Source: a virus (Duplodnaviria > Caudoviricetes). From it: 58,227 bases of DNA. The translations under genes were made by a program, and so were the position numbers. Location of the stretch: the IMG/VR virus record IMGVR_UViG_3300017716_002607, positions 1-58,227 of that record, one strand, 5' to 3'. Shown here one piece after another: positions 46,134 through 55,207 of this stretch (positions are counted from its first letter, which is position 1; each line of letters opens with the position of its first letter). A model generated the notes under the pieces. It was given only the letters and a program-made list of their open reading frames with translations. It was not told where the DNA came from and did no database searches.

Positions 46134-46154
46134 TTCTCGTTTAACAATTAAAAA

Positions 46155-46487
46155 TTACGCAACGACCATCTTCGGACGGCCCCTTTGTATTGTCTCACCA
46201 GCTGTTTTTCTGGCTTCCCATGCAGCTAGTCTTTGCTGTCTAGCACTTGTTAGATTCGGTTTGCGTCCTTTTTGTATCGGACCATTCTCTAACAACATAG
46301 CTCTAGTAGCTAATCTTTGTTGTCTAGCACTTGCTGGATTGATTTTACGTCCACGAGCTTTGTGATCTTCTATCACCACTGTTTTGTGAATTAAAGCAAT
46401 TAATGCTTCTGTTTTCATCTGATGAGCTGGTCTTTCTGTTTTGATACCTAACTCTTTTACTTTTGCTAATACTTCTGTACGCGTCAT
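46155..46487 (-). CDS. basic AT-hook-like DNA-binding protein
   Basis: RGRK, KGRKP, RGRPK and duplicated SARQQRLA. Confidence 0.65.
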   Translation of the reverse strand: MTRTEVLAKVKELGIKTERPAHQMKTEALIALIHKTVVIEDHKARGRKINPASARQQRLATRAMLLENGPIQKGRKPNLTSARQQRLAAWEARKTAGETIQRGRPKMVVA

Positions 46488-46794
46488 AACCTTGATTTTT
46501 AAATTAATTATTTATGTTTTTAACTCTGGCATAAAATTAATATCTAAACCTCACGCAACCAAATCTCTCCACAAAAAAAAGAAAAAAACTTTCGTCGTCG
46601 TACGTTTTAGTTATTCCACCACATAAACGATATACCAAAAAAACCTAACGCTAATTGGATGACATGCACCTCGTTATCGTTATACGCTTCGTCGTCGTTC
46701 GGAACATAATATAAACCAAATGCCAATCCTTGAATCCAAAAAGGTACAATCATATATTTTAAATTTTTATTTATACCAATGTACAAAAAAATTC

Positions 46795-46992
46795 TTAGTT
46801 ATCCCAATCTTTAACAAAAAAGAAATAAAATAAGAACAAAAGAAATATTGGCCAGAAAAAAATTGTTATAACGACGTCTTTATTAGTTAAAGGAGTTCCG
46901 TCGTCGTACTTAACAAAATAATTATTCATTAATATAACCAAAGCACCAACAATGGCGCCAATAAGCATATAAATGTTAATGTAATACATCAT
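46795..46992 (-). CDS. small membrane protein
   Basis: Start placed at MMYYIN; two hydrophobic helices, FWP motif. Confidence 0.55.
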   Translation of the reverse strand: MMYYINIYMLIGAIVGALVILMNNYFVKYDDGTPLTNKDVVITIFFWPIFLLFLFYFFFVKDWDN

Positions 46993-47029
46993 AGTAGTTA
47001 TGTTATGTTTCGTATATACGTTTTGAAGT

Positions 47030-47056
47030 GGGGAAACGGGGCGTGTCGGGGCGGGG
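47030..47056 (+). other. G-quadruplex-forming motif
   Basis: GGGG-AAAC-GGGG-CGTGTC-GGGG-C-GGGG. Confidence 0.75.
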
Positions 47057-47358
47057 ATCTTTTCCCCTGCCACAAAACACCATCACACATTGCTCCATTG
47101 TATTCCATATGTTAAGTACAAAAAAATGCAGCAACAAAAAAAAATATCGTTATGTTTTCCACCCTTAACCCTTGTTTTCCATCCTCACCTATTCCTTTAA
47201 GCAACAAAAAAATCGCGATTATTTGCGCAAAAAAACGCGTAATTTTGCATTACCTCCCCATAATCACATAATGCCGTGGTAAAAAAACAATGCGTTTAAA
47301 TGCGACATTTCATACCCGAAGCACCCAGCTCCTATTATTCAGTAATCGCCCTTTCGCC

Positions 47359-47433
47359 CGTACGTTATTATTCTATTTCGTCGTACGTTTCGTTTTTCTC
47401 GTCGTACGTTCTGCTCTTTCCGTCGTACGTTTT
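47359..47433. repeat. iteron-like CGTCGTACGTT repeats with 21-bp period
   Basis: Copies at 47379, 47400, 47421; partial copy at 47359. Confidence 0.85.
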
Positions 47434-47445
47434 ATTTTAGCTGGA

Positions 47446-47664
47446 TTATGTATTTGGTGCTTTGTTTTTAAATTGTTCAAACCATTCTTCTAATGTTACC
47501 TTCTTTCCAGCTAACAAATCTTCTGTATGTTTATAAAGAATATCTAATACTTCCTCCTCACTATAACTTATTTTTTGTTGCCATTTAGCACCTTCAATAA
47601 AAGCATCTTCATTATAAGGTTGTTTAGCCCAATAATTTTCAGCAACTTCTTCAAGTGTTTCCAT
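47446..47664 (-). CDS. hypothetical protein (AF.EGAKWQ...YSEEEV motif)
   Basis: Start placed at METLEE. Confidence 0.7.
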   Translation of the reverse strand: METLEEVAENYWAKQPYNEDAFIEGAKWQQKISYSEEEVLDILYKHTEDLLAGKKVTLEEWFEQFKNKAPNT

Positions 47665-47678
47665 AATCTTATTTGTTT

Positions 47679-48044
47679 TTATCTTATTGTTAACCAATTT
47701 CCACCTTTACTATAAACATAACCATACGCCTCACTTAAACGATTTTTAAATTGTTCAATTGAAATATCTGTTCTCGCCTCATTCTTGTCCTCACCTCTAT
47801 CTCTATGATAAGCCACTGTTATACCTTCTTTTGGATTATCAAAAGTATGTTCATCCATAGTTGCTACCTGTTCTCCCAAAATACTAATATCACCTAAATT
47901 AAGTAACATTCTTACTTTTTGAGTACTCAAATAATGCTCTTTTAACGTTGCTCCTACACCTTCTGTATAACCGTCCCAATGACAGTAAATTGATGTTATT
48001 GATCCGTTTTCGTTTTCGATTCCTATTCTACTTGGTGTTGCCAT
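47679..48044 (-). CDS. hypothetical phage protein (IYCHWDGY motif)
   Basis: MATPSRIG...YCHWDGY. Confidence 0.75.
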   Translation of the reverse strand: MATPSRIGIENENGSITSIYCHWDGYTEGVGATLKEHYLSTQKVRMLLNLGDISILGEQVATMDEHTFDNPKEGITVAYHRDRGEDKNEARTDISIEQFKNRLSEAYGYVYSKGGNWLTIR

Positions 48045-48053
48045 AACTTTTAT

Positions 48054-48350
48054 TTATCTACTTGTTACTGATTCAATTAATGATGTTCCTGAGTTAATCA
48101 TCTTGATGGCTTCGTCCCATCCTTCTTCGTCTGCTGCCCATTCAATCTCATGTACTTGATATTTGAACTGCCAATTTGATAGTGAAAATCCGTTACTACT
48201 CATTTTAAAGTCGCCTTCACCATTTTTCTTAAACTTCAAATACCCTACATTATCACACATACATGATATTGTTTTGAATATTACTTCTCTTGCTCCTCCA
48301 CTAATAGATAATTTAGGTGAGTTTGCTCTTAATTCTAAATACTTGTCCAT
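48054..48350 (-). CDS. hypothetical protein
   Basis: 98 aa; promoter at 48377. Confidence 0.7.
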   Translation of the reverse strand: MDKYLELRANSPKLSISGGAREVIFKTISCMCDNVGYLKFKKNGEGDFKMSSNGFSLSNWQFKYQVHEIEWAADEEGWDEAIKMINSGTSLIESVTSR

Positions 48351-48415
48351 AACTTTTATTTGTTTTAAATTATGCTATAAAATTACGAATAATAATCCTG
48401 TAAGCCAACCTACTT

Positions 48416-48604
48416 TTACCTTATTTTTTTCCACCATATTCGTTTCAACTTAATGCTATTGTCGTGTTTAAATCTACCATAATACTTGTATACCACAATG
48501 TGAGTGTATTTTTTTATCTCCCACTTATCCCAATCCACTAGAGTATCTTCAATTACGATTGTATAACCAATCCAAAATGCTATGTTGTATAATAATCGTT
48601 TCAT
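48416..48604 (-). CDS. hypothetical protein
   Basis: 62 aa ORF. Confidence 0.5.
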   Translation of the reverse strand: MKRLLYNIAFWIGYTIVIEDTLVDWDKWEIKKYTHIVVYKYYGRFKHDNSIKLKRIWWKKIR

Positions 48605-48664
48605 ATTCTTGTATATACGTATGTTTGTATTGATGTGTGGTACTGCAAGCTTTCTTGTAATTTT

Positions 48665-49774
48665 TTATTCATAATCTCTTATCGCTATTACTTTTGGAAA
48701 TCTTAAAGAACCATCTACTGTTTTTTCAAAGTATTTAACTGTTGCTTGTTTACCTATTAATGTGTCTTTGATTTGAAATAATTCTTCTAAATATTCCATC
48801 GTTCCATTTATAGTACAATCCACTTCTACATTATTAACATTTACTTTTAATGTTGCTACTTTACCACTAAATTTACCTATACCTTCGGCATAACCAATTA
48901 TTGTAAACTCTTCATCAAAGAATGTTTTATGTTTTAATAAACCATTTGAGCGTTTATTTTCATAAGGTGTGTTTGGATCTCTTAACATTTGGCCTTCAAA
49001 ACCTTGTTCAATATATTCTTGTAATTTGAAATTAATTTGTTCAAATGAAATTACATTAGTAGTATCAACTATCTTATAATAAAGAGTTGATATATCGTGT
49101 GTAAGAAATAAATCTAATAATTTACCTCGTCTTGAAGTGTATATTAAATCTTCACCTTCATAAACGTCATACATCCAATATTCAATATATTGAGCAGATA
49201 AATCTAAATCGGCTTGTGTTGGTTTTGTTTTTCTAACACATGATATAATTGTGTTAAAGTCTACTTCTGTATTTGAAGTATATAATTCACCATCTAATAC
49301 TAAATCAGGATGTTCTTCAAATACATGTTTTAACCCTTCAAATATGTGAGGAGCAGATATAATTTCCTTTCCTGTTCGTGTCCACATACCATCTGATTTA
49401 ACTATACATCTTACTCCGTCTAGTTTTGGTTGTGATAAAATTGGAAACTGTACTTTATCCTTACGTTTGTCATAGTCTTGAGCTAGCATTGGTTGAAAGA
49501 ATACTTTCTTATCACAATCATTTATGTCTTCCCAATAACCTAAATCTTTACGTTTAGTATGAAGTGCTTGTGCTTCGAATAATGCTTGTTGTTCCGCTGT
49601 TGTAGCGTTCTTTTTACCTACATTTTTAGGAGTACATTCGGTCCAATCACCTGTAAACATTTTCATATTTACAAATCCTGTAGTTGTTCTAAATTTGTTT
49701 CCTTCAACTTCAATTTGCCATTGGTTGATGTGTTCTTTACTATTTGAACGTTTGTATAAAATTGGTAATATCAT
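48665..49774 (-). CDS. ATP-dependent DNA ligase
   Basis: PMLA, QPKLDGVR, LDGELY, EGQMLR, KRS..LLKHK, SLRFP. Confidence 0.95.
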   Translation of the reverse strand: MILPILYKRSNSKEHINQWQIEVEGNKFRTTTGFVNMKMFTGDWTECTPKNVGKKNATTAEQQALFEAQALHTKRKDLGYWEDINDCDKKVFFQPMLAQDYDKRKDKVQFPILSQPKLDGVRCIVKSDGMWTRTGKEIISAPHIFEGLKHVFEEHPDLVLDGELYTSNTEVDFNTIISCVRKTKPTQADLDLSAQYIEYWMYDVYEGEDLIYTSRRGKLLDLFLTHDISTLYYKIVDTTNVISFEQINFKLQEYIEQGFEGQMLRDPNTPYENKRSNGLLKHKTFFDEEFTIIGYAEGIGKFSGKVATLKVNVNNVEVDCTINGTMEYLEELFQIKDTLIGKQATVKYFEKTVDGSLRFPKVIAIRDYE

Positions 49775-49843
49775 AACTTTTATTGTTTTAAATTATGCTA
49801 TAAAATTACGAAAAAAGGCTCGCGTTAGCAAGCCTTTCTCTAA

Positions 49844-49948
49844 TTATTTTTTAATCTTTTTTAAACTTTGAAATATTAATATAAAACCTATCACAAACCC
49901 AGCAAGAACACATCCTGCCGCTATTGATCCTATAATTAAATGTATCAT
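49844..49948 (-). CDS. small membrane peptide (34 aa)
   Basis: Manually translated MIHLIIGSIAAGCVLAGFVIGFILIF... Confidence 0.45.
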   Translation of the reverse strand: MIHLIIGSIAAGCVLAGFVIGFILIFQSLKKIKK

Positions 49949-49949
49949 T

Positions 49950-50141
49950 TTATTTATCTTTAATTAATAATAATACACCTAATACGGCTAGAACTCCTAA
50001 TATAAGCAATAATGGAATCCATAACGGAGCAGTTATCCACCACCATGACCAATCAATGTAGTTTGTTAATTTTAATACCATGAATATTAGAAACAATATA
50101 GTTCCTATACCTAAACCGTTGCTTGATTTTGAATCTGCCAT
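49950..50141 (-). CDS. small membrane protein (IDWSWWW..APLW motif)
   Basis: Two TM helices with Trp-rich motif. Confidence 0.75.
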   Translation of the reverse strand: MADSKSSNGLGIGTILFLIFMVLKLTNYIDWSWWWITAPLWIPLLLILGVLAVLGVLLLIKDK

Positions 50142-50145
50142 AACT

Positions 50146-50271
50146 TTATTTTTTGTCTAATGACTGTTGTAATTTTTGAATACGTTTTTTATCCTCAGGT
50201 GTAAGAGGTTTCTTTAATTTTAATTTTAAGATTTCTTTCTGAATTTGTTCTTTACTTAGATCTTGTGACAT
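50146..50271 (-). CDS. small basic protein (41 aa)
   Basis: Manually translated MSQDLSKEQIQKEILKLK... Confidence 0.45.
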   Translation of the reverse strand: MSQDLSKEQIQKEILKLKLKKPLTPEDKKRIQKLQQSLDKK

Positions 50272-50274
50272 ATA

Positions 50275-50571
50275 TTAATTACGTTTTAAAATGACATTTA
50301 ATAAACTTCCAAAACCTAAATAAATTAAATGAAACCATAAGAATATTTGATACCATATTTTCATATGTGAAGGTGCAGGACCGAACATAGCGTATGTTCC
50401 AAATATATACAATATAGAACCTAAAATTAAAATCAAACCTAAGAATTTAACCATAGCATCAAATTGTTCATTATTTTTTTTATTCCATATTAACTTAGTC
50501 ATACCTTCACAAGCCCAATAATATATAAAAAATATTATCAATGGTGTTATTAATTTTTCTAACTGTTTCAT
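50275..50571 (-). CDS. membrane protein
   Basis: Three hydrophobic segments; promoter at 50595. Confidence 0.7.
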   Translation of the reverse strand: MKQLEKLITPLIIFFIYYWACEGMTKLIWNKKNNEQFDAMVKFLGLILILGSILYIFGTYAMFGPAPSHMKIWYQIFLWFHLIYLGFGSLLNVILKRN

Positions 50572-50634
50572 AACCTATTATTTTTAATTATGCTATAAAA
50601 TTACGGAGGGGCTTTTACCCCTCCAAATTTTTGA

Positions 50635-50892
50635 TTAATAGTTGTAACTATAGTCTTCATCATCATCATCTGAAAAGTAATCATCTACATCATCTTTCAA
50701 TTCTAGTAGATCTTCACCTTCTCTAAGAAGACGATACACAACACCGTCATTCTCTTGTGTTGATGCTTTATCGATTAATTCGTCCATATCTTTTACTTCG
50801 AATTCTTCTAAGTATTCTTCAACGATTGAAAGCCACATTTCATCGTTTATTAATTGTGTGTTAATTTCTGCTAATTGATCGTAAATGTTCAT
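50635..50892 (-). CDS. very acidic small protein
   Basis: 85 aa, D/E-rich. Confidence 0.7.
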   Translation of the reverse strand: MNIYDQLAEINTQLINDEMWLSIVEEYLEEFEVKDMDELIDKASTQENDGVVYRLLREGEDLLELKDDVDDYFSDDDDEDYSYNY

Positions 50893-50919
50893 AGTTGTTA
50901 AATTTTTAAAATAAATATA

Positions 50920-51711
50920 TTAGTTTAAATACTCCTCTGCTAAGTGCCATAATTCACCATTAAATTGCATATCTGCTGTGAAATTTTTTAAAGCTCGTAC
51001 TTTACGTGTTTTTCTACCATTATTGTAGTTAATACCACCGTTTACCAACTTTTCTTGCACTCTATTAAATACCGCCCATAAATCTGAACCCATATCTAAA
51101 TTACGCTCAGCTAATAATAATTCATCAGGATTTATTGTTATATCTTGGTGTTTCCATCTAAGTTGAGCAGCTCTGATAGCAAATTCAATTTGTTGTTCAT
51201 CTGATAATGAAATATCTCTGAATGTATTGATTTTATTTACTAAGTTAGGTAATGTTTCAATCATAGCTAATACTTGAGCACGTAATTCTTCAAACGTATA
51301 ACCTGAGTGACGAATTGCTACATTACTAAATTCAGCATCAGCTACTACTAGACCATTAGAACATACCGTTCTATATAATCCTACTCGTAAATGAAATGCA
51401 TTTTTACCATCGTGTGAATTAGTCAATAATAATTCCGGAAACACATTATCATCATTAGCACCATTAATAGTGATGTTTTGATTTTGAAATCTAATAATGT
51501 GTTTTTGAAATCCTATTGACTTACGGGATTTAACTTCTTGGGCACTAACTGGTGTCCAACCTAATTCAATCATATCCAATACTACCTGTGAGGTAGGAAT
51601 ATGAGTGTAATTTTGAGATAAGTGAGGCGCTACAGTAGTTGTGAACGCACTTGGGCAAACTGCCTGTACTTCTGGGAGTACCATTGGGATTCTTTGATTT
51701 GTAATTTTCAT
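50920..51711 (-). CDS. DUF932/DUF945-family protein
   Basis: NSHDG...GLYRTVCSNGLV, DLWAVFNRVQE motifs. Confidence 0.85.
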   Translation of the reverse strand: MKITNQRIPMVLPEVQAVCPSAFTTTVAPHLSQNYTHIPTSQVVLDMIELGWTPVSAQEVKSRKSIGFQKHIIRFQNQNITINGANDDNVFPELLLTNSHDGKNAFHLRVGLYRTVCSNGLVVADAEFSNVAIRHSGYTFEELRAQVLAMIETLPNLVNKINTFRDISLSDEQQIEFAIRAAQLRWKHQDITINPDELLLAERNLDMGSDLWAVFNRVQEKLVNGGINYNNGRKTRKVRALKNFTADMQFNGELWHLAEEYLN

Positions 51712-51759
51712 AACCTTTGATTTTTAAATTATGCTATAAAATTAATATAGAGAAATCAC

Positions 51760-51969
51760 CTAACCAAGCTTTTCTTGCTCTTTTCTTTCTCTTTCTAACT
51801 TTAATGCTTTAGATAAGTATAAAATCGCATCCATATGCTCTTCCAATGCGTGTTGTAAATAATCTTCTAAATCTAAATCAGTACGATCTAAATCAACACC
51901 ATATTTTTGTTTTCCAAATTCAGCTCTGTGTATGAATTTATCTATAACACCTCTTACTATACTATCCAT
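51760..51969 (-). CDS. MazG-like all-alpha nucleotide pyrophosphohydrolase-like protein
   Basis: G..KYG...HALEE..DAILY motif. Confidence 0.55.
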   Translation of the reverse strand: MDSIVRGVIDKFIHRAEFGKQKYGVDLDRTDLDLEDYLQHALEEHMDAILYLSKALKLERERKEQEKLG

Positions 51970-52183
51970 TTTGTTGTGGTTTAAATTGAAATACTTCTTG
52001 TTTAACTACGTTTTTATATTCTTTAGGACAATCATTATCACATAATTCGAATATGTAAGTCTCTAATTGTGTTATTCTGTTTTGAACAATACATAATTTT
52101 TCTTGAAGCTCACTTATTTGTTTATTTTTTAAATCAAATAAATCTTTTACTGTATCATTCATATTATTCTTCTGATTTGACAT
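51962..52183 (-). CDS. coiled-coil hypothetical protein
   Basis: ORF; start uncertain (52183 or 52162). Confidence 0.55.
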   Translation of the reverse strand: MSNQKNNMNDTVKDLFDLKNKQISELQEKLCIVQNRITQLETYIFELCDNDCPKEYKNVVKQEVFQFKPQQNG

Positions 52184-52310
52184 ACTTTTTGGTTTTTTTC
52201 TGAATTTCAAGATAATTATCCTTAATTGGTTCCCACATTGTTATTGGATTTAATCCTAATTCCCAAAATGGTTTTGATGGTTTCTTTGTAGTTGTTTTCT
52301 CCTTTGTCAT
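52164..52310 (-). CDS. small hypothetical protein (48 aa)
   Basis: Manually translated MTKEKTTTKKPSKPFWELGLNP... Confidence 0.45.
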   Translation of the reverse strand: MTKEKTTTKKPSKPFWELGLNPITMWEPIKDNYLEIQKKTKKYVKSEE

Positions 52311-52314
52311 AGTC

Positions 52315-52407
52315 CTAAAATATTAAATTGTAAATTGTTGTCCATATAACCACTGTTATAACTCCTAATAAGATCCATACAATACCTTTTGTGTAGTCTC
52401 GTTTCAT
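52315..52407 (-). CDS. small membrane peptide (30 aa)
   Basis: Manually translated MKRDYTKGIVWILLGVITVVIW... Confidence 0.45.
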   Translation of the reverse strand: MKRDYTKGIVWILLGVITVVIWTTIYNLIF

Positions 52408-52409
52408 AA

Positions 52410-52718
52410 TTATATTTTTAAATCTGTTTTTGGATAATATTTTTCGTATAATTCTGCTTCTTTTTGAGCACAATCATTACATTGAACTCCTCTACCTACA
52501 GTACTTAATAATTGATCGTATACTGTTAAACCATCTAATTCCTTAAATTCATCTTCTGTTATATCGGTTCGCTCTAAATTCTCCCACCAATTGTCTCTAC
52601 CCCACTTCTCGATTAATGCTTCGGCTTCGGGTATTGGAATTGTCATTGCTATAAACCCGTAATAACAATCCGCTTTGTCCTCACCACAATGATGACATTT
52701 TTCTAATTTACTTTCCAT
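52410..52718 (-). CDS. Zn-finger hypothetical protein
   Basis: CHHC...CNDC. Confidence 0.7.
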   Translation of the reverse strand: MESKLEKCHHCGEDKADCYYGFIAMTIPIPEAEALIEKWGRDNWWENLERTDITEDEFKELDGLTVYDQLLSTVGRGVQCNDCAQKEAELYEKYYPKTDLKI

Positions 52719-52851
52719 CTCTTATTGATATTAATTCCCAATTTGGAAGTTTTTCTCTTAAAAATTTAATTATATATTCATTTAGTCGATTATAGAAATT
52801 AATCTCTGCACCCACTGTTAGTCCTCTTCTTATTTTCGCTATCTTTTTCAT
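52708..52851 (-). CDS. small hypothetical protein
   Basis: Likely start MKKIAK overlapping the upstream stop. Confidence 0.45.
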   Translation of the reverse strand: MKKIAKIRRGLTVGAEINFYNRLNEYIIKFLREKLPNWELISIRDGK

Positions 52852-53186
52852 TTCCAAAATATTTGTACCCCCATTATCGCTAGGGATAATATTAAACATA
52901 TTCCTGTTTTTAATGTAATTGGTTCTCGAAACCAAACCCAGGACATAAAGGTAAATACAATAGCTCCAATAGCAAACCCTACTAAGCGAGAAGGCCATAA
53001 ATTCCCATTAAAATATGCTACCATATGTTTTACAGACATTATATATAATATTGATAATGGAAAACCAAACGCAGCCATTATTAATGGATTGTCTTTCATC
53101 CATGGATATTTGAATTGCCCTTGCAATTGTACAAATGTAAGTATTTGGGCTAGTATCCCGTAAAGCAACCCTGTTATAAAATTCAT
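52848..53186 (-). CDS. four-helix small membrane protein (DMT/SMR-like)
   Basis: Four TM segments; F.EPIT.K motif. Confidence 0.65.
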   Translation of the reverse strand: MNFITGLLYGILAQILTFVQLQGQFKYPWMKDNPLIMAAFGFPLSILYIMSVKHMVAYFNGNLWPSRLVGFAIGAIVFTFMSWVWFREPITLKTGICLILSLAIMGVQIFWK

Positions 53187-53200
53187 TAGTTTTTTAATTT

Positions 53201-53386
53201 CTATAAGTACTTATTAAACATTTCTTTTGCTTTTTCTAAATTGTCTTGATCCTCTTCCATTATAGTCATAATAATAAAATTGGCTTCTTCTTCAGTACAT
53301 TTTTCAATTATGTCAATGTATACTTCTACATCTACTCCTAATTCTCCTGCAATGGCATAATCCATCATGTCCCATAGTCCTGCCAT
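53201..53386 (-). CDS. small acidic protein
   Basis: 61 aa ORF. Confidence 0.65.
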   Translation of the reverse strand: MAGLWDMMDYAIAGELGVDVEVYIDIIEKCTEEEANFIIMTIMEEDQDNLEKAKEMFNKYL

Positions 53387-53387
53387 T

Positions 53388-53573
53388 TTATCTAAATTGT
53401 TTGAAATGTGCGTGGTTTCTTAAACTTCCTGTTAAGTCATAATCATTATATATATTACGAAAGTTTGTTATTAATCTATTCACAGTATCAATTTGTTGAT
53501 GTGATTTACAAGAATCAATTACTTTAATAATCCAATTATATACATCGTACTTATTGTTATAAATTTCTATCAT
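53388..53573 (-). CDS. hypothetical protein
   Basis: 61 aa ORF. Confidence 0.65.
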   Translation of the reverse strand: MIEIYNNKYDVYNWIIKVIDSCKSHQQIDTVNRLITNFRNIYNDYDLTGSLRNHAHFKQFR

Positions 53574-53794
53574 TATAGTTTACTAAATTTTATATATTCA
53601 GCTGCTTTACAAGCCTCTAAAAATTGATTATATACTTGTTCAAGAGATGGTTTACGCCCTTCAGGAGTTTTAATTTTGGTTTTTGTTTTACCTACTTGAG
53701 TTGAATCACCCCATTTAATATAATGCCAACCTAATTCTTTAACTAACTGTACTTCGTTTCCATTTACAATGGCTGATGCTATAAATTTTACCAT
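53573..53794 (-). CDS. hypothetical protein
   Basis: 73 aa ORF. Confidence 0.65.
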   Translation of the reverse strand: MVKFIASAIVNGNEVQLVKELGWHYIKWGDSTQVGKTKTKIKTPEGRKPSLEQVYNQFLEACKAAEYIKFSKL

Positions 53795-54162
53795 TTAATC
53801 TGATTATATAGTTTATCTAGTATTGTATCTTTTTTACCTCTAATTGTATCTTCAAGATCTGCTCTTTGTTTTGATACTTCTTCTTTGATTCTTTGTACAG
53901 CACGTTCTGTTACCTTTTTATTAAGATTAAGAGGATAAATTTGTTTTGTATTTACAACTTCTGCTTTTTCTGTATCAATGATTAGATCAAGGTGAAGACA
54001 AGGTACTTGAATAAAGAATTTAGTTACCTCTGGATCTTTAAGAGGTGTTTCTGCTTTAGGGTGATAAAGTAACTTTAGAATGTTTCTATATCCTCTTAAG
54101 TCGTCCTGAGTTAATTTGTTTCTAAATTTTTTAGCTATTTTAATTTTGGTTCTTCTAAACAT
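53788..54162 (-). CDS. hypothetical protein
   Basis: 124 aa; promoter at 54187. Confidence 0.7.
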   Translation of the reverse strand: MFRRTKIKIAKKFRNKLTQDDLRGYRNILKLLYHPKAETPLKDPEVTKFFIQVPCLHLDLIIDTEKAEVVNTKQIYPLNLNKKVTERAVQRIKEEVSKQRADLEDTIRGKKDTILDKLYNQIKW

Positions 54163-54230
54163 AACCTTTATTGTTTTAAATTCCTTATAAATATAAGAAG
54201 AAAGGCTCGTGTAAACAAGCCTTTTATCAT

Positions 54231-54956
54231 TTATTTTACAAATTCAATTGTATTTGTTTCTTTATCCCAATCAAATGTTATTGGTTTTTGAGTGTACTCG
54301 TAACTTTCATTCAATACAGCGGCATTGAAGAAATGTGTACCATCTTTAAATTCATAACCATATCCTGAATGAATATGACCACATACATGAATTTTAGGTC
54401 TTAATCTTTCAATTCTTTCTGCTAATAACTCGCATCCTAAATTATCCCAAGGTCTTCCTGTTACTGTATCCAGAGTTCCAAAAGCCGGACCATGAGTAAC
54501 TAAGATATCTGTGTTGTCAGGAATTGCTTCCCATTTACCTGATAATTCAATACTGTTTCTTTGTAAATTAAATGCCCATGAATAAAATTCAGGTTGCCAA
54601 GGTGATCCGTAAATGCGAATATTATCTTCAGGGTGTTCTCCATTTGGTCCATCAAAATATAATGTCACTTGCTCGTCTTGCAGATAGTCAATATCTAAGA
54701 ACTTATTTAACCACCCCTCTACATCCTCTGGGTGATTTTGAAACATACGATCATGATTACCTGCTATGAATATCTTGGTATCGTATCCTGGAATTGAATG
54801 GTACCAGTATAAAAAATCATGAATGTCATTTTTATTGTAACCTGAGTTCATTATATCTCCAGCATGAAGTATCAAATCACCACCTGGTAAATCTTCCATA
54901 GGAATCAATCCATGTCTTGTATGTGTATCTGAAAGGACTGTTATTCTTGTTTTCAT
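54231..54956 (-). CDS. calcineurin-like metallophosphoesterase
   Basis: SDTH, HAGD, AGNHD, THGP, CGHIH. Confidence 0.92.
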   Translation of the reverse strand: MKTRITVLSDTHTRHGLIPMEDLPGGDLILHAGDIMNSGYNKNDIHDFLYWYHSIPGYDTKIFIAGNHDRMFQNHPEDVEGWLNKFLDIDYLQDEQVTLYFDGPNGEHPEDNIRIYGSPWQPEFYSWAFNLQRNSIELSGKWEAIPDNTDILVTHGPAFGTLDTVTGRPWDNLGCELLAERIERLRPKIHVCGHIHSGYGYEFKDGTHFFNAAVLNESYEYTQKPITFDWDKETNTIEFVK

Positions 54957-55207
54957 TTTACCTTACATTTTTCACAATAAAGTTCTTCAGTTTTTGGTCC
55001 TGTTGAAATTATTGTTCTACATTTGTTACAGAGCATTGCTCCTCTACCGTTGTTGAATTTGTAGATTGGATATACCTCTTCCTCTTCTCCAAACAAATCT
55101 TCTCCTTTATAATCAGGATGATTTGTATGCATATAATCAATTCCTTCAACCCATACTGCGACTATTCCAATTAGCACAAATATTCCTATAGTAATTAATC
55201 CCACCAT
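54953..55207 (-). CDS. membrane-anchored Zn-ribbon protein
   Basis: N-terminal TM; CNKC...CEKC. Confidence 0.65.
   Translation of the reverse strand: MVGLITIGIFVLIGIVAVWVEGIDYMHTNHPDYKGEDLFGEEEEVYPIYKFNNGRGAMLCNKCRTIISTGPKTEELYCEKCKVK

Larger units (their letters stand above)
46083..46610. repeat. 15-bp inverted repeat pair (46083-46097 and 46596-46610)
   Basis: ctaaaacgtacgacg / cgtcgtacgttttag. Confidence 0.85.

Noticed and set aside
46993-47073. N-terminal extension of the 46795 ORF through the G-rich motif
   Set aside because: Pro-rich read-through of a likely noncoding element; MMYYIN start preferred
47359-47433. Mini-CRISPR array
   Set aside because: 11-bp repeat and 10-bp spacers are far too short; no cas genes seen
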